Below are positions 34,801 to 40,079 of a stretch of DNA of 64,000 nt, piece after piece (position 1 is the stretch's first letter; each line of letters begins with the position of its first letter). The position numbers and the translations under genes are program-made. The notes below the pieces were generated by a model. It did no database searches. It saw only the letters and a program-made list of their open reading frames with translations, and was not told the origin of the DNA. The stretch is from Trypanosoma brucei (taxonomy: Eukaryota): positions 64,001 to 128,000 of the forward strand of contig CP000067.1 of NCBI GenBank assembly GCA_000002445.1, read 5' to 3'.

Positions 34801-36722
34801 ACACGCAAATCCTCATCATGCCCGAAGCATATTGAGAGCAGAGATGTTTTACTGTTTATAGCCACTTTCACCGAAAGCCACTCCTTATTGAAACATCTCA
34901 CATGAACAAGACCCATCGATGTGCACTGCTCTGCTCGGACGGGACAGAGAAAGAATTGAACACTGAGAGATTCGGCCTCTGGTGGAATCAGCAGTGTGGG
35001 CGGTCCAACGGTTCCGTGAACAGACATCGATGCACTGAATTTTGCATAGAATGGCGCACTCTTATTGGGATGAAAGTGGGGAATAACAAAGCGGTCCATG
35101 CCACTGTACACGTAAACGCCACTATTCCCATTCGTTTTGCAAGCCTCCAGTACACGGCGTACCTGAAGCGTTTCCGCATCGTAAAACGTCACGACGCCCA
35201 CAGTCTTCGATTGTACAGCAATTTGATTGTTCTCAAGAAAGACGCCACGACAGCCTGTTAGAGAAATATTTTCATTCTTGCAAACTAAGTTATAGGGAGG
35301 CACTAAAAGAACCTTATAAATCCCGCGTGTCGTTAGTACGACTCCGTGCAGTTCACCATTACGTGAAACAACACAAGCCCCAATAACACTGCGTGATATC
35401 TCCATCCCAAGGGAATGTGCTAAGGAAACATCGTGACACTTCACCCACGATGTGGGAAACAACACTCGCATCCGGGGTCTTGCATATGTTTCAATCGAAG
35501 TAATCCAAGGGCGGATGCCCTTCAGTGTAACCCTGTCCGCCAAATCAGGATGCCTATACACCCATCGAAAAATTGATAGTAATGAGTCGATATCCTTTGA
35601 TGCTAAAACCAATTTAAATAGAAGTTCAATGGCACCGAAAAGCCACCGCGAGTCACCTCCACCTCCACTAAAGGAACAACTTTCTTGTTCGACCTGCTGA
35701 AGCAGAATTCTGAAAACCCGCCGCATCCCCCACGAACGAAGAGTCTCATTGGTCGAGTTGATGCCACACCTGTCTATCACCTTGTGAAGCATACGCACGA
35801 CTTGCATGGGGACACGGGGATGCAATGAATCAGAAACCACAGCAATCGCCCAGTCGAAGCTACTTACGGTATCAACATCACTAACCGGTACACCACTTCT
35901 GGAAACACTTTGATCATCCTCAATGTCATCACCATCATCATCACAGGAATTTTCATCCTCCCAAGCTGACCGCACGGGCTCATCAAAGCATGTGCCACCA
36001 GTAAGCGATACGAGTTCCGCTTGTGTCGTTTCAGAGCTAGCAGCAGCCTTCACAAGCAAGCATCGGAGGAAAAGGGGGCTCAGAGTTCTCTGGCGGCGAG
36101 CAAACTCAACTGCTGTAAACCTTATGAAGCGGGCCACTTCTTCCGTGTCCGGGTGATGCACATTCAAAATATCAGGCAACTCAGGAAGCTGTGCAAAGGG
36201 AGCGAACGATGCGCCCTTTACAGGTGCCGGCACCAGCGGCCACGCTCTTGAAAAAAGATCCGCCGGACTGTACCTCACAAGATTATCTAAACTAAGAGAG
36301 ATCCCTCGCTCAGGATACACATTGATGTTTTCACACGGGTCCAGTTCGCTGTTAATATCCCACACGTTTCCATGAACTTGTCTCTTTGAAAAACGATACA
36401 TTTCGGGGACAACAACGGTATGTTTGATATTCCTCTCATCGTTCTCTTCGCGGCTGATTGATGGTCTCAAGGCACGCCGTCGCCGAGGTGGAGCCCTCGT
36501 TGTTTCAGGTAGCATCTGTTGGTGATGCGGCACGCTGGAATAACTATCTGTGCTAACGCTATCCTCCTGCGCGGCCGGAAGCTCCCTTACGTGAGCCTCT
36601 GAAAGCAACACCTCCGGCGGAATGTCTGTTAAGGAAGTCGGAACGGCCAACGCAAAAGGGCCCTCAACGGATGCCACCAGTTGGTGATTTGTGCCCCCTG
36701 CCGCCATTTCGGACTGCGCCAT
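16881..36722 (-). CDS. Giant HECT-domain E3 ubiquitin ligase with multiple SPRY domains. The track ORF starts at a TTG at 36740. The first ATG is residue 7 of the track translation (MAQSEMAAGG...), giving 6613 aa.
   Basis: Uninterrupted 19.8 kb ORF. The C-terminal ~390 aa match HECT, ending ...LPTSNTCFFTLRIPAYSSIDVMRDRILYAIRHC with the catalytic Cys in TCF. Upstream are at least six SPRY/B30.2-like modules, for example LYFEITLE...LFFTRNGEFLGIA...IPFVAVQ and GCYYIGLS...GEITYYRENMVRIGLAF...YPFVFHF. Plus-strand codons at 36720..36722 are cat (ATG) and at 36738..36740 are caa (TTG). Confidence 0.9.
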   Translation of the reverse strand: MAQSEMAAGGTNHQLVASVEGPFALAVPTSLTDIPPEVLLSEAHVRELPAAQEDSVSTDSYSSVPHHQQMLPETTRAPPRRRRALRPSISREENDERNIKHTVVVPEMYRFSKRQVHGNVWDINSELDPCENINVYPERGISLSLDNLVRYSPADLFSRAWPLVPAPVKGASFAPFAQLPELPDILNVHHPDTEEVARFIRFTAVEFARRQRTLSPLFLRCLLVKAAASSETTQAELVSLTGGTCFDEPVRSAWEDENSCDDDGDDIEDDQSVSRSGVPVSDVDTVSSFDWAIAVVSDSLHPRVPMQVVRMLHKVIDRCGINSTNETLRSWGMRRVFRILLQQVEQESCSFSGGGGDSRWLFGAIELLFKLVLASKDIDSLLSIFRWVYRHPDLADRVTLKGIRPWITSIETYARPRMRVLFPTSWVKCHDVSLAHSLGMEISRSVIGACVVSRNGELHGVVLTTRGIYKVLLVPPYNLVCKNENISLTGCRGVFLENNQIAVQSKTVGVVTFYDAETLQVRRVLEACKTNGNSGVYVYSGMDRFVIPHFHPNKSAPFYAKFSASMSVHGTVGPPTLLIPPEAESLSVQFFLCPVRAEQCTSMGLVHVRCFNKEWLSVKVAINSKTSLLSICFGHDEDLRVEVHEPLRSEWALWSATLQNTNGVFTWNVYKDAVMIKSCAVRCKVANLSTSTTGSVDLLRGSFSGFISNIQIWHRAQCINDMLTSAKGRLSPASQCGLLCSFKMNEGSGCCLRSSDGAITWKGVISWGPPPKVPFGCDVTEKEAIPYTPLGDYYVVTNTFETAIVEDGFCTWMDANGRILEQCTADVHPKELYFLCGFTSRMYSVICDVSSGLSLRWVDTQAPPAMHVRELESMRDEETVSEKFLELEGDKGIVTPFSLSNLILHRLNAVLVAEGRCCGGTQYTPQFFSWNSTSLRTVSRLIDISQDLILRVKQPLGRNSSSLLLLCVCGRLLTQQLTWIKRGCPPHLVAIIVDMFETLSRLEPEDRGILMETQFVFKELHRVLVMECVSYDYLLERILSTERLTDIKDLLVSDYIPSLVTSVLEKDLKKPFMAFLNRLKEACLAESQLILTGKGASFRPSCVLLPTLLSILSRKANPQWHLVAIALLNSLCKGTMRLFNGLFSNVASGHTGGTEELNLLKQTAIGVVVFPVVHYLVDLLLDSSIARDVLTLLNETRNVLYPYADILPAQYVNHNLTETHRIFVPAACTHTTSLDLRYARSIEVLHEHPTTRETNKVRVALVTNEGRRTFVTMRDEHLTIECGGRVEVTVTNTKKEESLITVNARVMLQTELSYWISDICLALGQAILHNTQQLLLKGLPDTVVFPQNSIFRGGLSEEVLKKHNVPGMSDEVLLDKEDQKELTDLFEGFGDLLSQWQELYRKKHVPYQDRLEYVMRAFCAAHAWHLRRTKNVSLLKHVEKSLDFMRKKSYLILEALQQGDEKAMLDRARFLLDTLNPRDRLESAMAEQQQTEEPVTRVSSPTSVHSVANVRTTLSKSAHVSHERTESWNVSALGRFTSSLSDLSKHCHEEVGSMNRPRIPLLTSDAISELVATNTESISTLVFKFLLNGCNGVTNEDLVRALVEKARYASNNKAVLRLQEKLLSSHQLDEDMSWLIVNSHLFYREFIRSRRREYSNEASNNVRTNSGYSEATLEDLTEVHYIEPIIGCGFQRELELQRATCSFFHCVIHRNFSRIVEAKLQCEASRGMEALSLCAVLCHPWDSVDLSAINPSKVFRVLKTYILAPIADTVVTPLNGSSTDIAWHRFLQDRGLFNLLYRSVIVPNSLQPAADGATVVEGDTLGVHVEGADICFLARNQWRAFKAEEAFDMSPAQRDCYAALAGGCVLADMAEVLYFEITLELALNEEVFVCIGVTSSSISSCESVGKDCSAAFCSDGTVRYSNANVEFSTPWSVGDVIGCGIMAPSSSLFFTRNGEFLGIATECTFSTIIPFVAVQTDGMLVKLIVNFGENAPFEFDMASLHSSCRTQTVSPVMISDASFIAVHYLVTVCLKNLQRLGQPGFNANGDSICALLEEASVFLRDVVVELVTSLKHLYSDESTHLLKRQRLHIGGVLLTRLFRIVNVVIDSFRCSLVSRSAHLEILRICSITLSEAHDHWVKARAARSLGHMARTLRQDCFAEAVEALRGSMSPDVIVNSLTELARAKIYPECSQRAFIPRWTGGRTRVTGGGAFYGEKPLPARGTHKVGFRIRRQMQMGHGVGASLGGCYYIGLSHGHTPVTTMASLISRDDVYILQDADDGDQVPHLLLRRQTIPRNSQRRVYGCDEVVWVELNADVGEITYYRENMVRIGLAFANIHRVDDLYPFVFHFNEDAVCDIIADPSQVKESCELLLSSLRRGVAVSVLQQLHVTPYFGPAISDWIYSFFVRSSYDLEKCIVALAILGGERSGLFCQHKTHGPVVVDSISESASRAVVYLEADPDGRQFSTDVADLKPSFVMPALFSVSEGESLRCCGWLTSGLRRILFEASAVVPLMNDEKEQRMDIAENFVKTITDAMNMEYTALQIIRHETTNQKGSVTLLRRNAPVSATQSTSSSFRMVNGQQPMSRTPVVIDRRFSTKSLFTPSPSIGVTSAAHYSAVRGNVVLEDVFSFAVSITIAESKGTLMYIGVTAETEEPAEPQAIVRCENIWALCNRDSEGTNNTNCFVEPGMIYSAGQLLFDSDDVVIIKVNRQEGTASFSRVRGGKCVDFGVLFEKIPEEKKLRPFVLTGPDSVVVFSFLDCHTFPARNTYPPSNISALTRSTPPVLCASCGSEMLEAWYEGEGGICLCSECFNSWRYPKCMFHFTDHNDNLTDYLLSQHSPKELVVGSIVGFMETAAFAWMRDKSVNVQIDGSTCIATDGAAFAVLDDFSTYGDSRVDVTVSHVAGVDGFSFGGLHSFDLLWCVNNLLQTSVSIKSNMILISPTVIPNSSKVVVSMLFLDEDIEPSPVDASAIFVGVTSEECDYRVMTSAEFERRIAHGNIWGTWSDSKTKAATPRSVYLSVDMTKGSIMLSSSLRGLHLHPTVATCNCPIEEDTNLRVIVFTRTPCQVTSTGGWVSVNDDALDINSSSVAVGLIPSNCIGPDIGIMGCNNLLFDTLSYTMAQCGTAWKVAPRIAEEGTGILFSIGDTITVERVDREVAAYRNGLLIATYTIPPETLLHRPRLVAYLSTRGMTATVVPPLFGKAHLGRVVRTCGSGVGVVKCLCPCQGKREYVVRKRDVRHCALSADAAAIVVGAKVAFKAGSLVQPKRGLVTSIGGNTVNVCDETDKRVCFSLDKNSIYVLDNEGPHKVLQPPYPALKAPDGSVTRVFVVGSTKFRLLRNESYNGIMFDVRAEDSVVLTGLTVLTHASGRHRVEVFFKKGSHQMHERTSGSWTKIFSNFVKMRAGRQFSVTFHGIRIEGGSTFALYINATHNFGVGHYAKEGGCSGAVSSEMDSDGTLTVLMGRTSESSTPFTDVSSNSCGFCGSIVYVRSEEAQALAVEETDSVVWREWDERNNDGCSDHLPLVSRPQMSTLSERAEFVVTVFDGPVVLRELLLPVFVQPYVGHTIGPMSFHVSLYCADVNDSTEGVTSRERNWVWVHHEVLLPKECSHRIVMNKLQLKMKRGTYVFSAVCERTMGMVRERGRERIRCFFTCSEQGHCVSNTFFSVRGLVGNILAVPANPMSVSEVLSAISTGGHLSQNNSASYNGIMFDIRSKQDVLLEEIFCISQTTADNINVRVFWKEGSMKGAEKVPSKWKEVATRYLYLADKQTFSPGPLNLQLRANQMYALYVNTTSSCGVRFYNSSDGHVGDVGDEFESDGVLTIYVGKKSEGIVPFLEIPSEPRAFRGRVTYRLIVQRRLLGRNMAVFPAVQGFVITRLLTALVAFASGPFSVTQPFEDTGVIESLGKLVKARPGNVGRQEISEDLLSGVVNGNLTDALGDGVVTLPFGVNGVAYFNSLCKGDLAVIALGSGEFSAGELVRLVSDPDIKSQVAVEVGRGGTPVCVTVPVDCLVPVIECGWCHQPFAVESVCQATGTVHFPALREEEHLISILARYIAQRWNLSFDAGSACASSLVRHTRSTNFAADRIIKARRHDSISGRALDSGSVEYMLSPELLHEDGWNEKCCSFACPFVYNENLAAFVSLLFTPLGDSWGVAFVTDLPLRLSSKSRPKLLQVSLHIVFGDDIEQDILYEPATYYAAHGGPLHEQLGVFAPSQYCFFVKRRGCDCLRLSICEMTFPPPTPFMSSVSHPWRWAGGYDTVELKPSEACELEGVFSTGAWPVNKPRFWKLGAVSATSANVFFLEVLVQLFRPIFKINWEGSRNSVIHRSFSLARDEELTLAFTADNDFVVYDEDDNVRCHVSYREHVGSSLKGISPKIAVMNVGPHPTSLYLHSPREVIDRGISTRSRSWSEGVVEYTPVWTLCNPSKVVISNKGRTASCNDASGQAVIGSPLPTVGLSGFVVQITRSDRAGGDSLGSGHFAGIVVSTFDQLEPHFVKLREQVDQVWIVQDVLDGDSLPTQERIPPIDSSGNTMFLAGTKLHFLLDRDNGTLSLARNNESPRVVFHNIPSNLSVSPFVRLDHANASATLATFYGGALGAGKFRAPPSVVLASHPITPTILRRIPFRVVVSTYTVLRHVLYSLPSDRVTAIELIWCDHCGNSKLAYRLSNALKQLAEVGAFSREMIRVEDKKLEEFCGQTAVRRVVDALSSPLDKPHVFIPGTADEGDTFIRLPSAYEVIGRVGGSSMVRLLYFDDNTTSKRTLHIFSHDDPEITVTSFNVVTKHPCVMYQEDIMQSLDSSKSFGVITHGWFDGTLNSLDMERFSKQQQKSIVMSLLAALEHWHLHSLIHGNIHPKNVYVKTGRGATVTCAVWNVYTLRRYDHFASPQLQRQGTRDMKGDLWSCAQLLRMFSTFLICEEGFRSAAGMLEKGNMTISYILDQLREFADDAKKSAGEETIFLQTGRQACIPGNSCSGIMFDVIAKRNKVNIVKVYFVSDTTSTATVTLFMRNGTFRGVEEQGGEWQVVMRRDMELARGVEAKVEGFESITISPGEHVAFFLHTTNHSSIMFYTVSEDGRPGLSNVALEDKYIGITAGRVTTCTLPFSSIQKEKQLLHGGITYTIPSQSCGYRSYLCQRVNARDLQFNRPVGGPVTVESLGRGLILCESGEQRLIFLGGTRMEWVQWETVSRVSFDDSPAWRQLEDDLRGVICGRYLSLGSLNPPHMQSSKLQFNRRICNQCAVTDRLTTEGDFFWWVSDPIRTSCIVSVKEISSVQGSSLFVSSSEGTDGEDLSKVESLDGKKHIFIYVDELGRCVTSLEDGGYRIVKKLQDDLSQAALFLVYGPVPTCEDIFPLSVFVNARSYNCDFTQFEDDTAVFSYDTSVPLEHNLLFNGFALKCCAVPHETPKFSVASCVTYRSDVSAVSLPFCDVPQTKEDAERDLSPILERQNHRRRLLLKFQRQQPWVEEEVTFSASPQHVTISNGCVQHVSSIGPQSCTVTKPVIEGLKLHEIELLVCTSVQFPARVTFQHPPTAWFVDVPIPIIPVHGESLILPTSSVKCVRLYIRVIPWAKRALVVVNGETVYEVLQGRDCPADMQLSFTLSAPGTSVKVVHWRVLHKEDSPVQRSAMDTIWTQLMIDRISPNVSQGMGSLGQHSWNTPAIGIQSGGESSLIPQVEEAMVSYAKKLIGTVIMSCNSSDTLKTLQHLLPYTTLRNDLSSLTALVRAEVRRSSFFLLAAAYACLAAPFAAQSAENVEVSVNLIYVSLSLDGVIHLLSTSFGSTLMLLLLRTATAHVRAVRNVALRCVLQLLKMSNCPLPSHEALCASLAPLLAVISSMCQRGKMSCTFVQLGILLVSELLQRYQLERPSLPAPGRQSCVPYAIVICTKLAIEAVTSKPPRPLPEAFTRGQQESHRISFELLTGPTSPEGYCSCYGVFSQTFRCTFGSKKFEVVLNSARCGNVVVGWNMDASLPGSLAAGTSDKDQSSASTLLPSCGYLIKPNGKIHLCLSRKKESQPLQVRAKGGDIVLVTCLYHEQAVIFNLQRESKNETTTRFETFPNEMLALPVFFAERREDATFHGEQLLTEASTGMDVSQLYSRFQEHPHRLDTEVVAQSFEFYAELSLFCQTFSISEKLLVSPNGDASLTVPSHDLVEYTHLLSFLGADVLGNDVPIERLVPYVKRLQIFDTLTAVFSVVVDIRRSTELFEMWKKLKSLCSAESSKKIQNETMRPFRNRTGHKGKVTIHTMHARASVRYGFYPTLMRSVFGQLFAQLQRSPISIFYVSPMFTVKLAGFGSTDVGGPYRDILSQLATEIMSTHPSGKFQQNPLFKDCGCDGQLAVMPNATMALEFQLFPMFEFFGKFLAACFITKDLLAVEFPPLFWKLLLSEETSLRDLRAMDRDIMRQLTPEALAERTAEELEERFPGLQESWLRFCSENSHLRMREELPPVDLRTAGILAEHIASIEVHKYDVVISHIRHGFGQVIPLYTLNAFRWQQVELIICGTPKLSCQALRDVCEVSLPSNDSQMFDEVIETMCDKDRMLLLRFTTGQTRLPLKENIKVKRGGTRDSLPTSNTCFFTLRIPAYSSIDVMRDRILYAIRHCEAIDTDGLAQEHIVLDA
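16884..18053 (-). other. HECT catalytic domain of the giant ligase (approx. residues 6230-6619).
   Basis: Motif content as described for the parent CDS. Coordinates come from residue counting, which I verified against the nucleotide sequence at one point (the HGNIHPKNVYV motif at ~22165-22200). Confidence 0.8.
21420..26699 (-). other. Three paralogous ~130-170 aa internal repeats of unassigned fold, each beginning (Y)NGIMFD(V/I). They lie at about 26301..26699, 25215..25616 and 21420..21812.
   Basis: YNGIMFDVRAEDSVVLTGLTVLTH...VEVFFKKGS, YNGIMFDIRSKQDVLLEEIFCIS...VRVFWKEGS and CSGIMFDVIAKRNKVNIVKVYFVS...VTLFMRNGT align by eye and share downstream ...I.G.S.A.Y...G... positions. Confidence 0.55.
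21951..22643 (-). other. Protein-kinase-like (probable pseudokinase) module inside the HECT ligase.
   Basis: EHWHLHSLIHGNIHPKNVYV resembles the kinase catalytic loop HRDLKPxN, with Arg-Asp replaced by Gly-Asn. KSFGVITHGWFDG resembles a Gly-loop. I see no DFG. I read the motif directly at nt ~22165-22200 on the minus strand. Confidence 0.5.
22971..31253 (-). other. Cluster of five SPRY/B30.2-like modules plus a Cys-rich zinc-finger-like segment. Approximate module spans: 30735..31253, 29661..30143, 28461..28883, 27141..27593 and 22971..23468. The zinc-finger-like segment CASCGSEMLEAWYEGEGGICLCSECFNS is at about 28251..28373. A sixth SPRY-like module lies at 18501..18908.
   Basis: Each module shows the SPRY pattern of hydrophobic beta strands and conserved Gly, ending in (P/V)FV...(F/L). 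I judged this by eye against the general SPRY consensus. Boundaries are approximate, within about 60 nt. Confidence 0.6.
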
Positions 36723-37306
36723 CACAGGCTTTGTCCACAAGCTAATTCTTCGACGGCAAGTTCAGGCGAGAGATATAACAAAATATGTGAAGCAAAAAAA
36801 AAAAAACAGTCTTAGACGATAATCCCCTTTTCAGATTGTGCTTTTCCTATTCGAATCCCCCTCCTTTCTTTTTCTCTTTGTTTGCGTTTGTACGCACCTT
36901 TAGTACCCTCTGTCCAAACCCGCCGAATAAGAGGAGAAGGGAGAAAAAAAAAGGCAAAAAGTTGTGCTACAGAAAGGGTAAGTGACTGAGTGAATAGCAA
37001 TGGCGACAATTCCTCAAAACCCTTAAATAATATACGGACACATTAACTGACTAGTGGAACTAGTAGGCGCGATCTGACTACACGGTGACTATCATCATCC
37101 CTGCCTAAATGCTTTCTTTATTATGTTAAGCACCGAGTCGTGCAGAGAAATTAACGGGCGCTCACAAAGATACACCAAATAATTATTATCACTTTGCCTT
37201 TTTCGGTACTCCTATATTTAGGCAAAAGAGATGAAGCACGTCCTTTCACTAAACACCCACAAGGTTGGAATATCCACTGCGAATGGGATGGCTCGTCGTA
37301 ACGCTC

Positions 37307-38563
37307 TCAAGGAAGCCCGTTGCGGTTTCCAGTTGCTAAGCTCCTTTCCATATTCTCGCCTCCTCGTTGTGTCGCATCGGAGTTTGCGAGGAGTGGCGTA
37401 TCACCGCACGGGTAGTTCGCTCGCGGGCACCATCTCCAACGAACGTCCGACAAGGCGTACACAAGGACACCGATAATAATCAAGACGTAGGCTGCGAAGA
37501 AAACAGGCGTGGGGTAAATGCGAAAAAAAACCACATTCCATATGATCCCGTATACACTTGTCGCCAGTAGAGATACGTTACCGAAGACTGCGCTTTTCAT
37601 GAAGAACAGAGCTGGGATGCCAGTGTACACAAGCAACATCGAAAAACCAAACAACATCTGATAGAGCCAGTCCTCGGAAGTCCACACTTGCGTTCGCGAG
37701 TTGAAACCGTCCCACTCAACAACAAAAAACTGAATAGTAGCTATAACAAGAGCGAAACAAGACATGAAAGATATGCTTTCAATAACGGGTATGTAGGCTG
37801 GTACGTCCCTTGACTCCCCCTCCCCGGCGACTTCCGTTGCGGTCAACCGCGGGGAGACGTTTACCGTCTCGCCCTCGTGCTTGTGCTCGTTGATGGTTGT
37901 TTCGCAATTACTCTCAGCTATTCGGTCTCGGGGGGTCGAGCCACCACCGGCACTTGGAAACTGAACATTGGAATTGCCCGGTTTAATTAAATACTCCATG
38001 AAAACATTCGACACGGCGTACAAGCTTGCCGCGAGAAGGCATAAGAGATCGCCCTTAAGGGCATTCGGACCAACTTCAGTGCGGGATATACCGTCAGCAT
38101 CTAACAGGATAAGAAGGACCAGACCACCAGTTGCCACAACGCACCCAGTTATATGGGTTATGGAAAACCGCATCTTGAGGATAAAGTAGCTCAAAACAAG
38201 CACACAAGGAATGGAAAAGCAGATAAGTAGCTGAGCCGAGACAAGGTCCGTGTACTGGAAAGCTTTCACAATAACAAAGTTCGCCTGCGAATCTACAAGC
38301 CCAAGAAAAAAGTACTTCCATGGCCTGTAGAGGAGCGTAAAGTTTTTGAACGTTTCATGTCGATGCCGAAGAAATAGAAAGAGGTACAGTGGGCCATAGA
38401 ACGTGAAGATGAATGCGTATGCAGTTAGGGACTGAAGGACTGGATAGCTAGCGTTGTTGTTGATCAATTTGGTGGTCGACACTCCCGTAAAAGAGTTTAA
38501 AAGAGCTACAAGCTGACCAAACAGCACATACAACGGAAGCAACTTCAATGCCGACTTCCTCAT
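37307..38563 (-). CDS. Multi-pass membrane transporter, SLC35F/DUF914-like (nucleotide-sugar transporter superfamily). The track start at 38566 is TTG. The ATG is at 38561..38563.
   Basis: About ten hydrophobic helices. The segment LLICFSIPCVLVLSYFILKMRFSITHITGCVVATGGLVLLILLD resembles the SLC35F1/F2 core, with a hydrophilic acidic loop in the middle. Confidence 0.6.
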   Translation of the reverse strand: MRKSALKLLPLYVLFGQLVALLNSFTGVSTTKLINNNASYPVLQSLTAYAFIFTFYGPLYLFLFLRHRHETFKNFTLLYRPWKYFFLGLVDSQANFVIVKAFQYTDLVSAQLLICFSIPCVLVLSYFILKMRFSITHITGCVVATGGLVLLILLDADGISRTEVGPNALKGDLLCLLAASLYAVSNVFMEYLIKPGNSNVQFPSAGGGSTPRDRIAESNCETTINEHKHEGETVNVSPRLTATEVAGEGESRDVPAYIPVIESISFMSCFALVIATIQFFVVEWDGFNSRTQVWTSEDWLYQMLFGFSMLLVYTGIPALFFMKSAVFGNVSLLATSVYGIIWNVVFFRIYPTPVFFAAYVLIIIGVLVYALSDVRWRWCPRANYPCGDTPLLANSDATQRGGENMERSLATGNRNGLP

Positions 38564-38939
38564 CAATGGCGTTCCCCCCCTGAAAATTGCCCTCCCTTCC
38601 CTGCTTTAGGTGTTACTAACTCGTAGGTAGAATCGTGAATACATACAAACGTGGAAAAAGAATTGTGAGAACAGTTGATTTAATGGAATAGCAGCAAACG
38701 AACCCTGAGGGAGGCTCAAAAACACACGCATGTGCATAATACGCAAAGGCACGCAACACAGTTCAAAGTTAGCAATGTGTGGTGACAGACTACGCCGAAT
38801 ATTATGCGAAAAGTTAAAGCGTAAAGGGGGAAAAAAAGGCGGCGCAACCGTTTGCGTTCCTCCTCGCTCGTACCCGAGCCATGTGCGGTGTAAGACAAAT
38901 GTAGTTACAAAGGCAGTACACCGGAAGGAAACACTACTC

Positions 38940-40079
38940 CTAGAACTTACCCTCACTGTTTAGATCCCTTCTTTTCGACAGTATCGCTTCGAGGAGTTGC
39001 TGATACACGTAGGTCGAGAAGACTGAAGTCAGTTTTCGTTGAAGCCACATTGGAATGTGACTTGGGATGCTGGCGTCGTTCGCAGATGTCATCACCACAA
39101 GAGTCCCGTCCAGTTTCCGGGTTTCTTTGAAATGACTGGTAGTCTCCATGAAAAGATTATACACTGCCTTTGTGTTCTCTTCGCTCACCATACTCCCACC
39201 AAACGACAAGCGATCCGGTTGCTTCCAAACTTGAGCTGTGACATCAGAAATAGGGACGATAAGTACGTGTTGATAATTCATAGAAACAAGAGAAACCTTC
39301 CGCCCTCCGCTGCATGACCGCATCCACTCGGCAAACCGCTCAGACTGTGTCCGCGCATGGTTTAGCATCTCGCCATCTCCACTATAGAGGACATCATACA
39401 TTCTCAGCGGATTGGCGTCGGCCCCCCCTTGCTTTGTGTAACACAAGGAACGACGTTGATAAATAAATAGGCGCTCTGCGATTCCAAATTTTTCCAACAG
39501 CGAGTTCCCCACCCTGTGGGCAAACCAACCGCTGTCGACAACGCAACTGGTGACATCTGGCAACAAGAGACATCTGTCACCCTCACAAACCGGAGTTTTG
39601 CGTGTCACATGCTCCATGGGGCGCCGTATAAGACCCAACGGGTCAATAAACTTCCGCGTGCCGTCGTCCCATCGACAAAACATTGTGTAATTGTGGTCCC
39701 ATTGCCGTCGCAGCTTGAGATCTGTCATGTGGCGGTGAACTTCCTCAGGAGCCACCCCAGGAAGGTAACCAATGAGACGAAGAACTGGCACTCCTCGACC
39801 ACCATTAGACACGGCGGTGTACGTTGTGCTTAGCCGAAGTACCTGCAACCCCGGTTCATTCCCTACGCTCTCTAACTTCGCTGGTGGCGGAAAACTTGTA
39901 CTTTCGATGCGCCACTGCCCTTTGTGTGCATCTAAAAAGTCCATGCATGCTAGAAGTTGCTCAGAACCACTCACAGGAGATGACAGTTCTTGCAGCCACA
40001 CGGAAGAACGCCTGGTGAAGGTGGCAACAGCGGCGGAAACGCAGAGAGTCGCAGTCCTCCTATAGAACGTTCGTGGCAT
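38940..40079 (-). CDS. Hypothetical protein with a START-like (StAR-related lipid-transfer / Bet v1-fold) region and a basic N-terminal presequence that could be a mitochondrial targeting signal. The track start is TTG. The ATG is residue 5 (MPRTFY).
   Basis: PEEVHRHMTDLKLRRQWDHNYTMF...RDFV-like...VVDSGWFAHRVGNS resembles the START-domain motifs (E..L.D...R..WD and GW.I.P.G). The N-terminus RTFYRRTATLCVSAAVATFTRR is Arg-rich and lacks acidic residues. Confidence 0.45.
   Translation of the reverse strand: MPRTFYRRTATLCVSAAVATFTRRSSVWLQELSSPVSGSEQLLACMDFLDAHKGQWRIESTSFPPPAKLESVGNEPGLQVLRLSTTYTAVSNGGRGVPVLRLIGYLPGVAPEEVHRHMTDLKLRRQWDHNYTMFCRWDDGTRKFIDPLGLIRRPMEHVTRKTPVCEGDRCLLLPDVTSCVVDSGWFAHRVGNSLLEKFGIAERLFIYQRRSLCYTKQGGADANPLRMYDVLYSGDGEMLNHARTQSERFAEWMRSCSGGRKVSLVSMNYQHVLIVPISDVTAQVWKQPDRLSFGGSMVSEENTKAVYNLFMETTSHFKETRKLDGTLVVMTSANDASIPSHIPMWLQRKLTSVFSTYVYQQLLEAILSKRRDLNSEGKF

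Noticed and set aside
17253-36251. Dozens of 60-200 aa plus-strand ORFs in the track (for example 22126..22638, 23056..23559, 24562..25161, 28291..28884, 30778..31155).
   Set aside because: All lie antisense to, and fully inside, the single 19.8 kb minus-strand HECT ORF. Their translations have no motifs and are rich in Ser/Arg/Pro, as expected from the reverse frame of a GC-moderate coding region.
36723-36740. Track start codons for the HECT, SLC35F-like, START-like, RRM, CAF40 and array copy 1/2 ORFs.
   Set aside because: Reading the nucleotides shows these are TTG or GTG, not ATG. Trypanosome nuclear genes use ATG, so I moved each start to the first in-frame ATG.
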